From assembly GCF_009914755.1 (NCBI RefSeq), contig NC_060939.1: a stretch of DNA of 64,000 nucleotides. The stretch is one strand, 5' to 3'. A model generated the notes under the pieces. It was given only the letters and a program-made list of their open reading frames with translations, ran no database searches and was not told the origin of the DNA. This DNA is from the human T2T-CHM13v2.0 reference genome, Homo sapiens. A program made the translations under genes and the position numbers. Below, piece by piece: positions 18,201 to 34,247 of the stretch. The first letter of the stretch is position 1; each line of letters starts with the position of its first letter.

Positions 18201-20399
18201 GCTATAATGCCTTTCCATCTACCTTAGGTTTACTATTTTAAAATTGGTTTTTGATGTTGTGAACATGAATTGTGTATTAATACAGGAGAATGGGGTGTGT
18301 ATTTCTGAAAGTCCAGAGTTGTAGGGGCAAAGAAGAGATTTCTGGAGTCCCCTGCGTGCCTGCTTACAGAGGTTTCCTTCCTGACATTGTCAAATTCCAG
18401 AATTCTTGCCCTGGCTCCATTTTAAAGCCCAGAGCACAGTTAAGTGTCTTTTCCTGACCCTCATTTATACTACCATGAGGCTCCTTTGTAACATGAAATG
18501 TGCAATGTGACCAATTGTTGGCTGCCCAAACAAGCATATGTTAGGACTTTTCACTCTGGCCCCCTATACTGACACATCATTCACATTTAGTAAAGGAAGG
18601 TGCACTCTGCTAAACTCACCACATTCTTTACTTTATGGAGTCATAAGAGATATTCCACTAAGTCCTTTTGCTTGATCCCACAGAGACCATCCTATGAAAA
18701 CTGAATTAATATGAAAGCAGGTAGAGTGAATATTCATTTAAGTCATTTACAACAACATCAAATAGTGTCTCCAAGTGGAACAGATAAGTAGAGACCAATT
18801 TGGCAGGAGATAGGATGGGGAAAGAGAGTGGCTGATGCATGCTGAGAAGTAGGAGGAACAGTCCAGTTTTTAAAACATTGTTCTTCTTGTTAAGGGTCTG
18901 TTTATCAGATTAAACACAGTCAAGCGGTCAGCTGAGTCTAATAATTCAGCAACTGAGAACAGATGGAGAAAACCTGGATATGTGTCTGTGTGTACACTCA
19001 CATGCAAAATCAGTTGCCCTGACTTTATCTTATTTACATCCATCTATTTATTGATTTTGATAGGAAGAGTATGTATTTTAGATACCTCAAGAATATCTCC
19101 TGAAATACTTCCATGTTCTTGCCTTTTGAAGAATCTTTTTAAAGAAGAAAAATAATTATTAGCAAAGAATCCACATTCCCAATGGCTCCATTTTCATCTC
19201 CTTAATCCAGTGTTAAAATTCATGGCTTGGGAAAAGTGGGATGTTTACAATGCCTATCTATACCATTTATCTATACCATTCGTTTTAATAGCCTGTTCAC
19301 TTGAACAATTTCTAAGTATGTGGCAAAAGAAACTAAACTAAAATAATAATGCATTATATTTGAAAACATCAGTATCCTGTACACAAAACTTCCATAAGTA
19401 ATTCTTCCTAGATTGAGACTAGAACTAATCCATTTCCAAAATCATCTACATTTTTCTGAAGACAAAAAAAAATGTGGCTACAGATAATTGCCATAGGCTG
19501 CAAATATTCTAATTCATCTGATATTTCTCTCCTGTTGCATGTTGTATAGATAAATATAATGCATCAATATTAGGATAGCAGGTATTTTATTAAATGTTAA
19601 TGCAGAATTCTAAATTTTCTAGATTTCACAGAAAAGCAAGCTACCGATAATAAGTAGTATTTAAAGAGAACTCTTATCTACTACAATCAATTGAGAAATC
19701 CAGGATATTAAGACCACAAAAATGATTGTTTAGAAGATTTAATTATAGCACAACAGGCTTTTCTGCTGATAATGTTATAATGATGTTTTCATAACCCAAT
19801 CTCAACAAACATAACTAGAGTACAAATGATGAGCACAAAAATCCATCTCATTTGTAGCTCAGACTAGTATTTCAAGTGTAATTTCTCTATTACTAATTTA
19901 GTCTGATTTTTATAATTCATCAGAATAAATCAATAACTGACTTAGAAATCACTTCTATGATTTTAAGTAATTTTCCACAGAAACATTAACAATACCACAA
20001 GCATTAAAATGTTGAGAAATATTTGTGTATGATGATGTCAGTGCATGTTCCTTTCCTCAGCTAATAAATTCTAGTATAAAGTTTTCAGATCTGTACACAA
20101 AAATGGATCATAAAAATATAATCATGGTAGAAACTATGTAGCAATTTTATGAATGTGGAGAAAGAGTTCAAATAGTACTTTTGCACTGTACTGTGTCCAT
20201 GCAAAGCTTCATTCAAACAAAAACAATACTGAATTTATTATGTTAAAATCTTTAAGGACACTCTGGTAGATGAGATCATTTTCCTGCATTTGTTCACACT
20301 CTCTCCTATCTCCATCTCTAAGGGACAGATATAATTCCCCACTCCTTGACTTTGATCCTTGCTGTGTGACTCTGCTTAAGCCAAAGGGGTATCTTAGAG

Positions 20400-20617
20400 G
20401 ATTTAAGGCAACAGAAGCCTGGCATGTTTTTGCACAGGCAGGTTGCACTCCTGACTTTGGCCACAACAATAACATGCTTCAAGTACCCGGGAGGGCTGAG
20501 GAGGATCACAAATACATGGAACAGATCTGGACACCAGCTGCAGCTTCAAGCCAATGCTAGCCAAGCCCAGCCTACATCAGCTGAATTGCGTCTGACCAGC
20601 GGTGCATGAACAAGGAA
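20400..20617 (+). mobile_element. MLT1-type (ERVL-MaLR) LTR, 5' portion, interrupted by the ABHD17A fragment; remainder at ~23795-23828 and 24129-24185
   Basis: agcccagcctacatcagctga resembles MLT1 AGCCCAGCCTAGATCAGCCGA. The downstream aatgtttatt..., taatgcagaatcatgttggcaatgggtaa resembles the MLT1 3' end. Recalled consensus, highly diverged. Confidence 0.5.
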
Positions 20618-22839
20618 GGCAACGCGTGGACCTGGGCCAGATGAGCAGCTTCTACATTGGCCTGTGTTCCCGCCTCCACTGCAACATCTTCTCCTACGAC
20701 TACTCCGGCTACGGTGCCAGCTCGGGCAGGCCCTCCGAGACGAACCTCTACGCCGACATCGACGCCGCCCGGCAGGCCCTGCGCACCAGGTGAGGGCGAC
20801 CCCGGGGGCAGCTCAGCCTGGGCACACCGGAGAGGGGACCAGGCCGGGGGCCGGGGGGAGAGGCGGGCTTCCCTGGGAGGAAGGTGGGCGGCCCTGCAGG
20901 AGAGGAGCCACAGTGGACGCATGCGGCCAGAGAGCCGGAAAGGTGAGCTCAGGCGTGCGGGTGCCGCCTCCACATGGCTGAGGTGTGGCCAGGTCCCCCC
21001 ACACCCTGGCCTGTGGAGCCAGGCTCCCTGGGATCCCCTGGCCTGAGGACAGGAAGGGGCTGAGCTTGTCACAGGGGCGTGGACGCCACCCGGCGGGAGG
21101 GGGTGGGTGGTGTCTGGGGGGGTCTGTGCACGTGTGGCTGGGAGCCCAATGGCCGAGGCAGCACTTGGGGCCAGGTGAGGCGAGGCTGCTGCATCGAGGT
21201 CCCGAGGCCTGGCCCATGAGGCCCTGTGGCTGTGGAGCTCGGCCATCCCGGGGCAGGGCCTGCTGGGTCAGGTGCAGACCCCCAGCACACACCTGAGGTC
21301 TGGGCCAGCCTCCATTCCAGATCCAGCCCTCCTAAACATCCAGCTCCCCAGCCCTGCGCTTTCCTGGGCCCTTCACTGGTGTTTGAGCACCGCCCACCGC
21401 CCGGGCCAGTGCTGCTCTGGATCAGAAGACCCGCGTGGGCCTCTGGAGGCCTTTCCTGCTTGCCACCCGCTGGGGCTGTCTCGTCCTGGCCCTGCCCCCC
21501 ACTGGTCTGCCCCGCTCCTGCAGGGGCCAGGCGCAGCTCTGAGAAGTCAGAGGCCCTGGGGAGGTGGGGTCCTCGTTGCCTTGGCGATATCCCAGGCAGT
21601 CCCTTCTGTGGGCCTGGGAGCTGGGTCCCCTGGCACCACCCTGGCTCTGGGGGCCTCCTGGCAGTGTGGGCGCAGAAACCAAGCACCACTTCATGCAGCT
21701 TCCTCGGCCCCTCCTGTCTCTACTGCCCAGGGCACTGGCAGAGTCACACCCGCCATGGCCAGCTCTGAGCTCTGTCTGCTCGGCCATCTGTCCTGCTGCT
21801 GCTTTGTCCTGCAGGAACCTCGGCCCAGAGCCGTGAGGGGGAGGCCAGATCGCGCTCAGGGCCTCCACTGAGGATGTGTCTTGTTTGATTGTCTGAGTGG
21901 TGACATCCAGGTGGCCGCTGGGGGCTCCTGCCTGGAGCAGGTGACAGGGCTGGGCTGGCTCAGCACACTACTGGCCTTGGCTGCCAGGGAGCAGGCCAAG
22001 GAGGCTGAGGCAGAGCTGGGGCCACAGGCACCAGCCAGGCAGCATCCTTTGGGGCATGGGTGAACAGTGAGCTGTGGAGTGCTGCCAGGAGGCTGGGATT
22101 CCAGGCCAAGGAGGGGTACAGCCCTGCTGGTGGAGTCCGAATGCCAGGCAGACGGGACGCACACCTGTCCATGCTCCTGCCTCGCAGGAGGGCATCTGCC
22201 TGGGATCAGAGCCTGGAGCGTGTGGGAGGAGAGTTCTGGGGTTGCGGCATCGACAGGGTGGCAGGTGGGTCCCGCGTGGTTGGGACTGGGCACGAGGAGG
22301 CCTTGGTACTGGTGCTGGACCAGCTGGGCCAGGGGCCGCACACCAGTGACCTGGCGGTGGGGGTGGCCCTGGGTGGGAGCTGGTGGTGCTGAGGTGGCCG
22401 AGGACTTGTCCACTCCCAAGGGAAGGCGCTGGTGGGAGGAGGTGCTGCCCCCGCAGCCGCCACCCTCGATGTTGACCTGGGTTGGGCTGGCACCTCATTG
22501 AGCATGGGACTCCGAGAGTCCAAAATTGGGTGGAGACATGTGGGGACACAGCTGCCTGAATTCCTCATGGCCAAGGGGGTGGGCAAGGGCTGCAGGGAGG
22601 AAGAGTGTACCCTGTTCCGGCCAGTGCACCAGGAACAGCTTTCTAACCTGGGCAGGAAGGCGTGAAGCATTCAGGATGTGGGGGGGCACACAGTTCCCAG
22701 TGTGCGCCCAGGGATGACCAGGAGAAGGAGAGGCGCCAGGGCTTCCCCTACCCTAGCCCGAGGGGGACTCCCTAGCCAGGATCCAGCAGATCCTGGCTAG
22801 GAAACGCCAGTGAACCATAGCGCCAGGGAACAGGACCAG

Positions 22840-23700
22840 GCCGCCGGCTCCGCCCACCGCTGCGGTCTTGGGGGACTGGGGGTGGCCCTTGGGACTGCTG
22901 TGGAGCCTGGGCCTGACCCACTGACTAGGCTGAGCCGGGAGACTGGAGAGTCGCATCTGGAGCTGGGCCCGGGGACGCCCGCTGGCGGGAGGGGTGCGCA
23001 CGAGTCGGAGGCCGCAGCTGACCCTGCTCCGGTGCCGCCAGGTACCGCATCAGCCCGGACAGCATCATCCTGTACCGGCAGAGCATCGGCACAGTGCCCA
23101 CCGTGGACCTGGCCTCGCGCTACGAGTCCGCCGCGGTGGTGCTGCACTCGCCGCTCACCTTGGACCTGAGCGTCGCCTTCCCGACACCAAGAAGACCTAC
23201 TGCTTCGACGCCTTCCCCAAGTGAGCAGGCTGGGGCAGGGACAGGGGCGGGGACGGGGACTGGGTCGGGGACGGGGGCGGGGCGGGGCGGGGCCCGGGCC
23301 CGGAGAGGTCTCACCCGCCCCACGCCCCTCCCGCAGAATCCAGAAGGTGTCCAAGATCACGTCGCCCGTGCTCATCATCCACGGCACGAAAGACGAGGTG
23401 ATCGACTTCTCGCAGGGGCTGGCGCTCTAGGAGCGCTGCCCCAAGGCTGTGGAGCCGCTGTGGGTGGAGGGCGCCGGGCACAAAGACATCCAGCTCTACA
23501 GCCAGTACCTGGAGCGCCTGCGCCGCTTCATCTCCCAGGAGCTGCGCAGCCAGAGCGCCTAGCGGCCGCCGGGGCCCCAACCGGCCGGACCTCAGCAATA
23601 AGGCGGCCCCCGGACCTCACCCCGCACCGGCCTCCCGGGGGCTGCATGTGGACCCCCAGGTGGCCCGGGGGACCCCGCCCGGATCCAGGGGCCGTGGACG
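22840..23700. promoter_or_regulatory. CpG-island-like segment with GC boxes and G4-capable intron
   Basis: Visibly high GC and CpG density. 23231-23298 has many G3-G5 runs and tandem GGGGCGGGGCGGGGC. No evidence of activity from sequence alone. Confidence 0.6.
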
Positions 23701-23763
23701 GTGTACAACAGAGCTACCCACTCCTTTCCTTTTGGAAGCAAGAAGAAATATGTGAAAACGGAA

Positions 23764-24128
<365 letters not shown>

Positions 24129-25139
24129 GTTTTGCACAGATTTTTTAATGCAGAATCATGTTGGCAATGGGTAATGGCTACCAAGGTGCCATCGTTCCAC
24201 ATTCCTGTTATTCAGTCATCACATCTACTATGTGTGAGCCATAATATCTTCTAAAATGAATTATAACTATGTTCGAATTGTTATTTCACTAAGTAATCTC
24301 TGCTAATTTAGTCTCTATTTCATCTCAACGGAATGCCTTCTGAGTTCCTATAATTGTGACTAATTCTCTGAGACAACATCAGCAGTATCACTATAAACTA
24401 TGAAACCTACAAAGGGAATTTCCTCTTTTTCCTTTTTATTATAGAGATGCTTTTTTGTTTGTTTTCTGCAAGCAAGCACAGTGTTAATCAATTTTGTATG
24501 CCCATACCTAGGAGAGCCCCTGATTCATAATAAGACCTCAATAAGATTTGTTGAATAAAGTGAAAATAGGATTTTCAGCTTTCCCTCACCACTTTCTTCA
24601 AAACAGACTAGTTCATAACTGAAATAGGCATTGTTTCTAGAAAACGGTCACTCCAGCTGATCCCTTCGTTTAATCATTTTTGTACTCCCTGAATCTATGA
24701 TGATACCTGGCACATAGTGGGTAAGTAATCAATATTTGTTCACTGAACTAATGGAAGGATGAGTGAATGAAACAATACAGGCATTTTAAAATTATAATTC
24801 AAAATTAACATATTACTTGTTATTAGAGTGATTTTAAACAGTTATGTTAAGTATATGATAATTAGGAAGATTTACTTTCCTGCTTCATTTAAATTTTAAA
24901 TATAGTGATCAAGGTAATCATGATTTTCATTCATTTATTCAATAAATGCATATTTAATATTTTTTATCTCACATGATAGATTGCTCCTGGTCAAAGACAT
25001 TACGATGGTATTATACATAAAGATTTGTTTTAAATTTACAGTATCTTGAAATTTTTCTCTTCTTAATCCACAAAGTATATTTATACATTGGGAAATATAC
25101 TTTTTAAAATGTCAGTTAATGATATTTTTATTTTCTATT

Positions 25140-25445
25140 TTATCTTATTATTATTGATACAAGATCTCACTATGTCACCCACTGCTGGAATGCAGTGGCA
25201 TAATCATGGCTCACCACAACCTCAACCTCCCAGGCCCAGGTGATCCTCCTACCTCAGCCTCCTCAGTTGCTAGGACTACAGGTGCCCGCCACCTTGCCCG
25301 GCTAACTTTTTACTTTTTTTTTTTTTTTTTGGTAGAGATGAGTTTTCACCATGTTGCCCAGGCTGGTCTTGAACTCCTGGGCTCAAGCAATCTACCAGCC
25401 TCGGCCTCCCAAAGTGTTAGGATTACAGGCATGAGCCACCACTAT
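25140..25445 (-). mobile_element. AluJ-like
   Basis: Diverged dimer with ctcctgggctcaagcaatc and gatcctcctacctcagcc. Confidence 0.85.
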
Positions 25446-26410
25446 GGGGCAGATAATGATATTTTTTCAGGAATCGGTAAAACATTGTCCTTCAATGAAT
25501 TAGTGCAGAAGCATGAAAAAATCTATTCTGAGCAAATCTGTGAAACAGACATTGAAATTAGTATTCTAATAAGGCTTTTGTGCTTTTTGATGATATAAAA
25601 TAATTTTGCTATGACAATAATGAGAAGTATGAATAACTTGCTTTGATATGTTTGTGGTATGTTTCACTTATTTTTTAAGAAGGGAAATTATTAAATTTAA
25701 ACTCTCTATATATGTAAAGAGTGCACATCAAATATTTTAAAGCCCTGAAGAATTAGGTCTTCATTTCAAGAATTATTAAGTGTCTTAAGAACATATTTAT
25801 TTTCTAGAAATGTTGAGCCTCTTCTTGGGTAATGTGATTCTTTTAAAAATTTTGAAAGGATTTTCTTATTACATTAAAAATGAATGTATGCAATAGGAAG
25901 TTACTAGGATAGAGTGAATTTAGCAGCTATCTTGCTTTGTTACATATGTCTTATAAATTAAAATTATATTTTCATAATTAAAAGCCAACAAGCTCATTTG
26001 CTTTTATAAGACTAAGAGAAAAGGAGTATTAAATGAAGTTAAATTAGATTTTACCATCTTTTTAATAAGTTTCAGGCCTGGTTTGATAATATATTCCCAG
26101 ATACATAATTTAAAAATGATCTTTTGGCTGGGCGCGGTGGCTCACGCCTGTAATCCCAGCACTTTGGGAGGCCGAGGCGGGCGGATCACGAGGTCAGGAG
26201 ATCCAGACCATCCTGGCTAACACGGGGAAACCCCGTCTCTACTAAAAATACGAAAAATGAGCTGGGCGTGGTGGCGGGCGCCTGTAGTCCCAGCTACTCG
26301 GGAGGCTGGGGCAGGAGGATGGCGTGAACCCGGGAGGCGGAGCTTGCGGTGAGCCGAGATCCGGCCACTGCACTCCAGCCTGGGTGACAGAGAAAGACTC
26401 CGTCTCAAAA

Positions 26411-26449
<39 letters not shown>

Positions 26450-27414
26450 GAATTTAGTGAGAGCTGGTTATAGTTTGGAACCTCATTTGTGAAATAAACC
26501 ATATTTCAAAATATTTTAAGCAGAAATACATTTAAGTTGTAGCCTACAAATTACCAGAATTTGTCCTAGTCACCTAAATAAAAAATGTAAAAGTTCTACA
26601 TTTTAACGTCCTTTCAACATTTTATGAACAGAAAACCCGGCAGGTAAACAGCTCAAGTCTGAATGGGAAATGATAACATATAAGATCAGCAGCATCCGCG
26701 CAAATAAAAAGTCAAATTTTTATCCAACACAAAACAATTACATACGCGTTAATCAAAAAGAAATTAGCAACGGCCAACCCCAATCCCATTACTTTCAAAA
26801 AAAGTCCTCTAACTTTCCTTTCCAGTTGAATGTACACTGATTGAAATGGTTGTTTTATGCGGACAATTGATTTTTTTAAATGAAATGTCTAACAGGGAAG
26901 TCAGTACATTACACTACCCATTCCAGAAAGCAGCCTTCCATTGAATTTACTCAAACTAATTGCTGAATTAGATGACCATGGAAAGTTACTGAGGGCATAT
27001 CCAGCACTTTCTTCTGAACCAAAACTAAATCTGTTTTGGTCACTACTGCATTGCTATTCAAAATCAAGGACTGTTCGTCTCTCTGGAATATTAGTATCGT
27101 AAGCCTGGGGAGGTGACAATATCATGTAATGGAGTTGTGGGGAAAGGAGTCAGAGTGTTGTGGCAATTCCCGGACCAAGGGAAAGAGTCTGTAGAAGTTC
27201 ATAGAATCAGCTGACATGCTACGGTCAAAGAATTTGCAATTAGCAATTGACCAATCAATTTTGATTAACTCATTCTGTATGACTATCATAGGCTATTAAA
27301 AATAGGAAAGCGTGTTTCTAAAATGGGTTTCATAACAAGTGAGTTAATGATAAAAGCTTGGACAGTTTTCAGAATTCAAAAATTCCGAGATACTAATATC
27401 TTTAAAAACTCCTG

Positions 27415-27447
<33 letters not shown>

Positions 27448-30253
27448 AAACACTACCTGTGTAATCATCTATTGAGATTTAAATTAGAACATTTTCTCAG
27501 TGTATCCCAGTTCTAAAGTTACTATTTATTATATTGCTATCCTAGGAACAGAGTGAGAAAAGGCAAAGAGGTAATTTAACACAGTCTTTTTCTGCTAAAA
27601 TCAGAGTGTCTCTCATCTCTGCCTGAATCCAATACATTGTGATTACTGAAATACATATTATAGAATATCTACTTATTTTGTGGATTTAGGCAACGATTAT
27701 GATTGTTGCTTTTCTCACATCTAAAAATCAAATTTATATTATACATGAAGACATTTTCTAAAGAACTTTTGGTCTGTATAAAAATGAATACTTAATAGAA
27801 ACGTAATATTATTTTATGTTATTTGAATTGTTAAGTTTAAGAAAATAAAATGTTTTTAAATCTATTACTTTTAACAACACTGTAACATTTATTGGTTTTG
27901 GAATAAAATAGATCCAGAAAATTGCTGTGATATTACTTTTTATGTTTCTTATTGAAAGTAGGTCAATTAATTTCTAAGCAATGGGGCATTATAATTGTCA
28001 ACTAACAGTGCTCAAGCAGTTAGGATTTTAACTGCTGACATTATTTTCTTTGAAAAACGATAGATGTCATTTAGTGTTTAAAGATAAATTGCTGCATGAC
28101 AGTGACTTTTTTGCTGATAACTTTGCCATAAGCAAACATAACATGACCAAGAAGTTTCAAAGTGAGTTTTCTAGGCGAGCAAATCTAAATTAAAAAGGCT
28201 CTCATATTTCCTCAATCAGATATACTAACATCAACCAAGTGTTGTTTTCAATCTATAATATGAAAGGGCAATTGAGTCTGACTCAAACATCTGAAAAAGT
28301 TAATGTTAACACTTAGGAATATGTCTCCGTGTAGGAAAATTTTCACTGGCCATGGGCTATACCACATTTATCACAGGTGATTTTCAAGGGGACAAATATT
28401 GCCCATTTCAGAAACAGGTTTGGAATGCAGGAAACTGCCAGAAAGTAACTGTGAGAGTTTGCACCATGGCTGACCTGGAGGAAGATGTCAGAGTCACAGA
28501 TGGAAAAGGGAGGTGCATGACTCCCCTCTGTTGCCAAGGTTCCCATTCTCAATTCAGAAGGGTTTGCGGAGGGGGTGAAGGAACACTGAAGTTTCTGAGA
28601 TATTCCTTAAGGACCAAGCTATAATTCACAGCTATCTATTTACATCAGATCTCAGCTTTTTTTTTTTTTTTTTTTTTTTTTTTGAGGAGGAGGGTGCAGG
28701 AGGAGATGTGCGCAGAACATGTATATATGGCTTGCCCTAAAGGATGAAATAAAATTGTGTATGCTATGACCTCTCTAGGAAGCCTCTAAACTTTTCTTAT
28801 AAATTGTCTTCTAACTAAAATATTTCTTTTGGCCGTCCTTGGAGTACTCCCAGGTGACACATAGCTCGGGCTAACATTTCTACAGGACTGCTACCTTGAT
28901 CTCTAGAGGGTCCAGTGATGTTCCATACCAATATGTCTCAGCGTCACTGCCGAGCTTCCACCCACACCCTTAACACACAGAGAAAGCTGACACTTTCTGT
29001 TAGCTATAATTTTCCTTGAGAAAAACGTGGCAATATGTAGCAAAATACAATTATTAGTTTCAATATGTAGAACGTATTACAAGAAAAAAAAGATGCCAAA
29101 AACATCTTATGTCTACTGCTGTTCCTATTAGTCTTTATTATCATGAAAAACTGGTCGCATCCTAAATATCCAACTTTCGGTGACTGGGTGAAGGAAAACT
29201 GTAATTTTTCCATATGATAGAATAGTATGCCAGCACTAACAACCAGAGAGCAGACTATTTAATGTCATGGTAAAGTATTTGTTTTGTGTGGTCAGGTGAG
29301 CAGTTCAGATCATAAAATCAAATGTACCCTATGATCTTATTTTTTGAAGTAAAGTACTGATGTATCTATATGTATAATTAAGTATAGAGAAAAGCCTAGA
29401 TGGCTTCTCTTATAAGTCTTTTCATTGTTTTATAAATGGTATCAATATTTATTTTTCACTTTTTCCATCAGATTTCCTAGAATAATAAAATTCAATTCCC
29501 TCTGATGAGCATTCATTATTCTTTTTTTTTTTTTTTTTTTTGAGACGGAGTCTCACTCTGTCTGCTAGAGCTAGTGTGCAGTGGCCTGATCTCAGCTCAC
29601 TGCAGCCTCCGCCTCCTGGGTCATTATTCTTACAGTAAGAAAAAATGAATGTTACTATCTTCTCTGTCCTAGATCAACTAAGTATATACAAGGTGCCAAA
29701 TACATTTAATGAAATGTTTTATTCATTCATAGCTTTTTGCAGTACAATTTTTTTTGTATGATTCCCTTGTCCTATCATCTCCACCAATAGTTTTGGTGTG
29801 AATTTATACTCTAAAGGAAAGGTGACAACCTTATACAATCTCAGGGCTTAAATACTATCCACGTGCTGATGCTTACAAACATACACCTCCAGTTGTGTGG
29901 TCTCCCTGAGTTCTGCACATCCCTCTTGGGCATCTAACAAGCATCTCACAGTTAACAAAACCACTGATTTCTAAACAATCCCAGGGACCCTCCGCCAGGC
30001 CTGCTCCTCTCTCAGAATTCCTTTTCTCACTTAGTGACACTATCATCCCACCAAACCTCGCTATCATCTTTCTTCCGTCTCCCAAATTTCCAATCCATTA
30101 ACAAATCCTAAAAACCCCGCTTCCAATATTTGTCTAAATCTATGCACTTCTCAGCTTATCCACTCTTATTATTCTAGCTCCAATTATGTGGCCTTCTGTC
30201 TGTGTTACTTTCTTTTTTCCATTCTTGTACGCAGGGTCCAGTTTTCATAGTGA

Positions 30254-30571
<318 letters not shown>

Positions 30572-31613
30572 TGATCCACCCACCTCAGCCTCCCAAAGTG
30601 CTGAGATTACAGGCATGAGCCACTGCGCGCAGCTAGTTTCTGCTTACAGTTTTAAAATGACTTCTTAGTCTATTTAGGAGAAAATATAAACTCTTTACCA
30701 GAGCCTACTGGACTCCCCAAAACATGATGTATGTTTATCTCCTCCCTTTAACTCACTCTGTTTTAGCCGCCTGGCCTTCTGTTCTCTGAATAAAATAAAC
30801 TTATTCCTGCCACAGGGCCTTTACACCTACTTTGCCTTCTGCCCCAGACACAGTTCTCACAGGTTTTCCCATGACTCCTTTCTTCTCCTTATTCAGCATC
30901 AACCCAAACATCTGCCCCTGAGTGGCCTTCACCAGCACACTCTTCTTAAATATCTTTCCTTACCTCACCTTGTTTGGTTTTGTGCATAACATGTGTCAGC
31001 TACAATACTGGTTTCATTGGTTTGTTTATTTACTTTTTTCTTACAATGGAAAGCCCATGAGAGCAGGGTTGTGTCTGCTTTATTCACAACTTTAACCTTA
31101 GTGTCTGTACAGAACCAGGACCGTACTAGAAACTCAGTGAGCATTTGTTGAGTATCTTGAACGAATTAATTATTAAAACATTAAAAAGTGACATTTTCCA
31201 AGTAAAAATCTTTATCTACTTCCTTAGTGACTCTAATTGCAGACAATGCAAGGTAGAAATGAGGTTCAGATCAATGGCAGGCCGAGAAAGGCATTTTTGG
31301 GTGAGTCCATGCAGGCAATGTTTGCTATTGTGGCTGATTTACTTCCATATACTTTAACACAGGTATGTCCCTATTGTGAGACACGGCATTTTTCATAGTA
31401 TAAAGGTGGAAAGCGAACTTCATGTTATAATAAAAAATAAAGTAAATTTTATACAAACACTAAGAAGTGATCATCTAAATCTACAGTTTAGAATCTGAAA
31501 CCTATTCCTATGTTGACATCTTCCATGGCCCTACTCCTTAATTAATAAATTCTGACTTACAGAAGGCTATTTTCTGAATCCTTTCATAGCTGACATTGTG
31601 GTGGGTGCTGTTA

Positions 31614-32057
<444 letters not shown>

Positions 32058-34126
32058 TTAAAGGTAAATTTTCAGTGACACCTGTGCAAGATATGACTTT
32101 CCGCTGTCCTCTATAAAAATCTACATTTCTATCATATATATCTAGTAGATCTTAAAATGATAGACCTCAAAGGTAGCACTGCATTTGATATTCTCTTGCA
32201 ACCCCAGAATGAAACTTAAGCATGAATAATTGGAGATCTGCACACTCCTATAAAGAATAAAGAATGGGACTCAAGTTCACACAGAAGCTAAAAAAGAAAG
32301 GCAGGATGACTTCCCTCTGCCACCTTGAAAAGGCTTTGAAACCTACAAAACAAGAAATGGGGAGGGGGGTTGCTGAATGGGTAATAAATATATGAGCCCT
32401 CCTCCTAAGGGTTTTTATAATCCTTTCTATCTTGGGTATCTATGTGTTCCTCTGTGAATGTGTTTTCTTATAACTGCACTTCTCATGGAACAGCTCTATC
32501 CTTATTATCTGTAACAGGGTTTCTGTTCTGCTTTCATCATGTATATATCTTAGAAAAACAATCTGAACAAATGTCCAGTAAATATGTATATTTATGTATT
32601 TATAAATTATATGTATATGCTATTGCACTAATATATTACATATTTTATATACCTTACTACAACCAAAGAAATATAAAAGAATGAGATGGAATAAATATAT
32701 ATTTAAGTTCTAGTTTTTCTTCCTCCATCCTCTGTGGAATGCTTACCCCACTTAAGAAACCCCTAAGATTTCACTGTGTCCTCACAGTGAGATTGTACTC
32801 ACTCCTCAATGAGAGAACATTAATATTAAAGCTCTTTTGGTTTTATTATCAATTATGCGGTCGAATTTTCAAATAATCTAGCTGTACATATTATACTACA
32901 GTGGACGATACTGTGAGGTACCAACTGGACCAGCTCAGCAGAGGCTGGAAGGTTTAACTCATCAGTAGTCATGATACCACGTTTCTCTTAGACTTTTCCA
33001 ATAGAATTTATTTTTGGTTTTGCCAGCCAGGGTGAGAGCTGTTTTCCATAGGTATCAATGGTAGAATAAGCATTGTTGCCTCACAGAAGGGAGAAGTCTA
33101 TGGTATTGGACACCAACCCCCAAGTCCTTCTTACATATCCTCTCCTTGAGAGATAGGGACTCGTGAAAAATGGAAACCCAGGAATTGGCTCTGCATAAAC
33201 TTAAGCTTTGTCTTTGCAGAACAATTATGAGAAGCCTACTACTGACTCTGGAATATGTTGTATGCAATAAAAACTCTGTACTATTTAGGTATTGTTTCTG
33301 ATGCACGATACCAGAAATAAGCATCAACTAGCCATGCAAAGTTCTGCTTAGGAAAAATGAAAGTATATTCAAATATAAATTTTTATAAAATGACTATTAA
33401 CTAAAAAAAAAAATAGCCTTTCTTTCCCCAAACATCAATAGATGCAGAATGCAGAGTAATATTTACAACATGCAACATCATGTTTGGTTCTAATTAATAG
33501 ACTATTTCAATGAAATATTATTTTGATAAATATGTTCATGCTTCATTTGTCATGTATTAAAAACAGCAATACACACTCACTTGATGAAAAATATTATTGA
33601 AGATAAAAGAGAAGTATTTCATAAACAACCATTAGGTAGATTATAAGATAACATATAAAAGGTGATATAGGAAATAAATATTAGAAGTACATATTATTCA
33701 TCTATGACCTAATTTGTATTGAAATGCTGCAAAAACCTTCATAGCAACATTCAGAGAATTACCTGAAAGAAAACTCTGGCATCTTCTATGGTCTTCTATG
33801 TGTTTTCTTTAATGGTCACAGTGATTCCCACGTTCAAACTTATTCACTGAAGACAATGCATGTCCTGAGATTCTCATTATTGAAATGCTGAGGCTGAGGC
33901 TTGCTTTTCACATATACAGATTGTCCAACATTAAAATACCACTGCATATTGACTGCATACAAAAATCATTGAACTAAATATTCCCAAAAGTCCTGATACA
34001 AATAATGTGTTACAATATTTTAGGCAGGATTATCTGATAGGGTTAACAAATTTATCAAGTATAACAGAAAGTGACCACTTATTATTTATTATTGGCTATA
34101 CCAAAAAATATAGGATCAGGACTTAC

Positions 34127-34247
34127 CTGAATAACATGCTTCAGTTTATCAATAATCTGATTTATCACAGGATCAGTTCCTTTGACTTTGACTTCAGGAT
34201 TTGCAGACTGGGCTTTGATTCCATTTCCAACCACATGCTGAGTATAA
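34127..34247 (-). pseudogene. GPC5: Mirror copy of the GPC5-like exon in the right arm
   Basis: Reverse complement of 4967..5087, with acceptor (ct at 34248-49) and donor (acttac at 34121-26) intact. Confidence 0.88.

Noticed and set aside
20602-23562. Functional ABHD17 depalmitoylase gene
   Set aside because: The N-terminal exons (including the Cys-rich membrane anchor) are absent, and there are frameshifts, a premature stop and a disrupted GxSxG motif.
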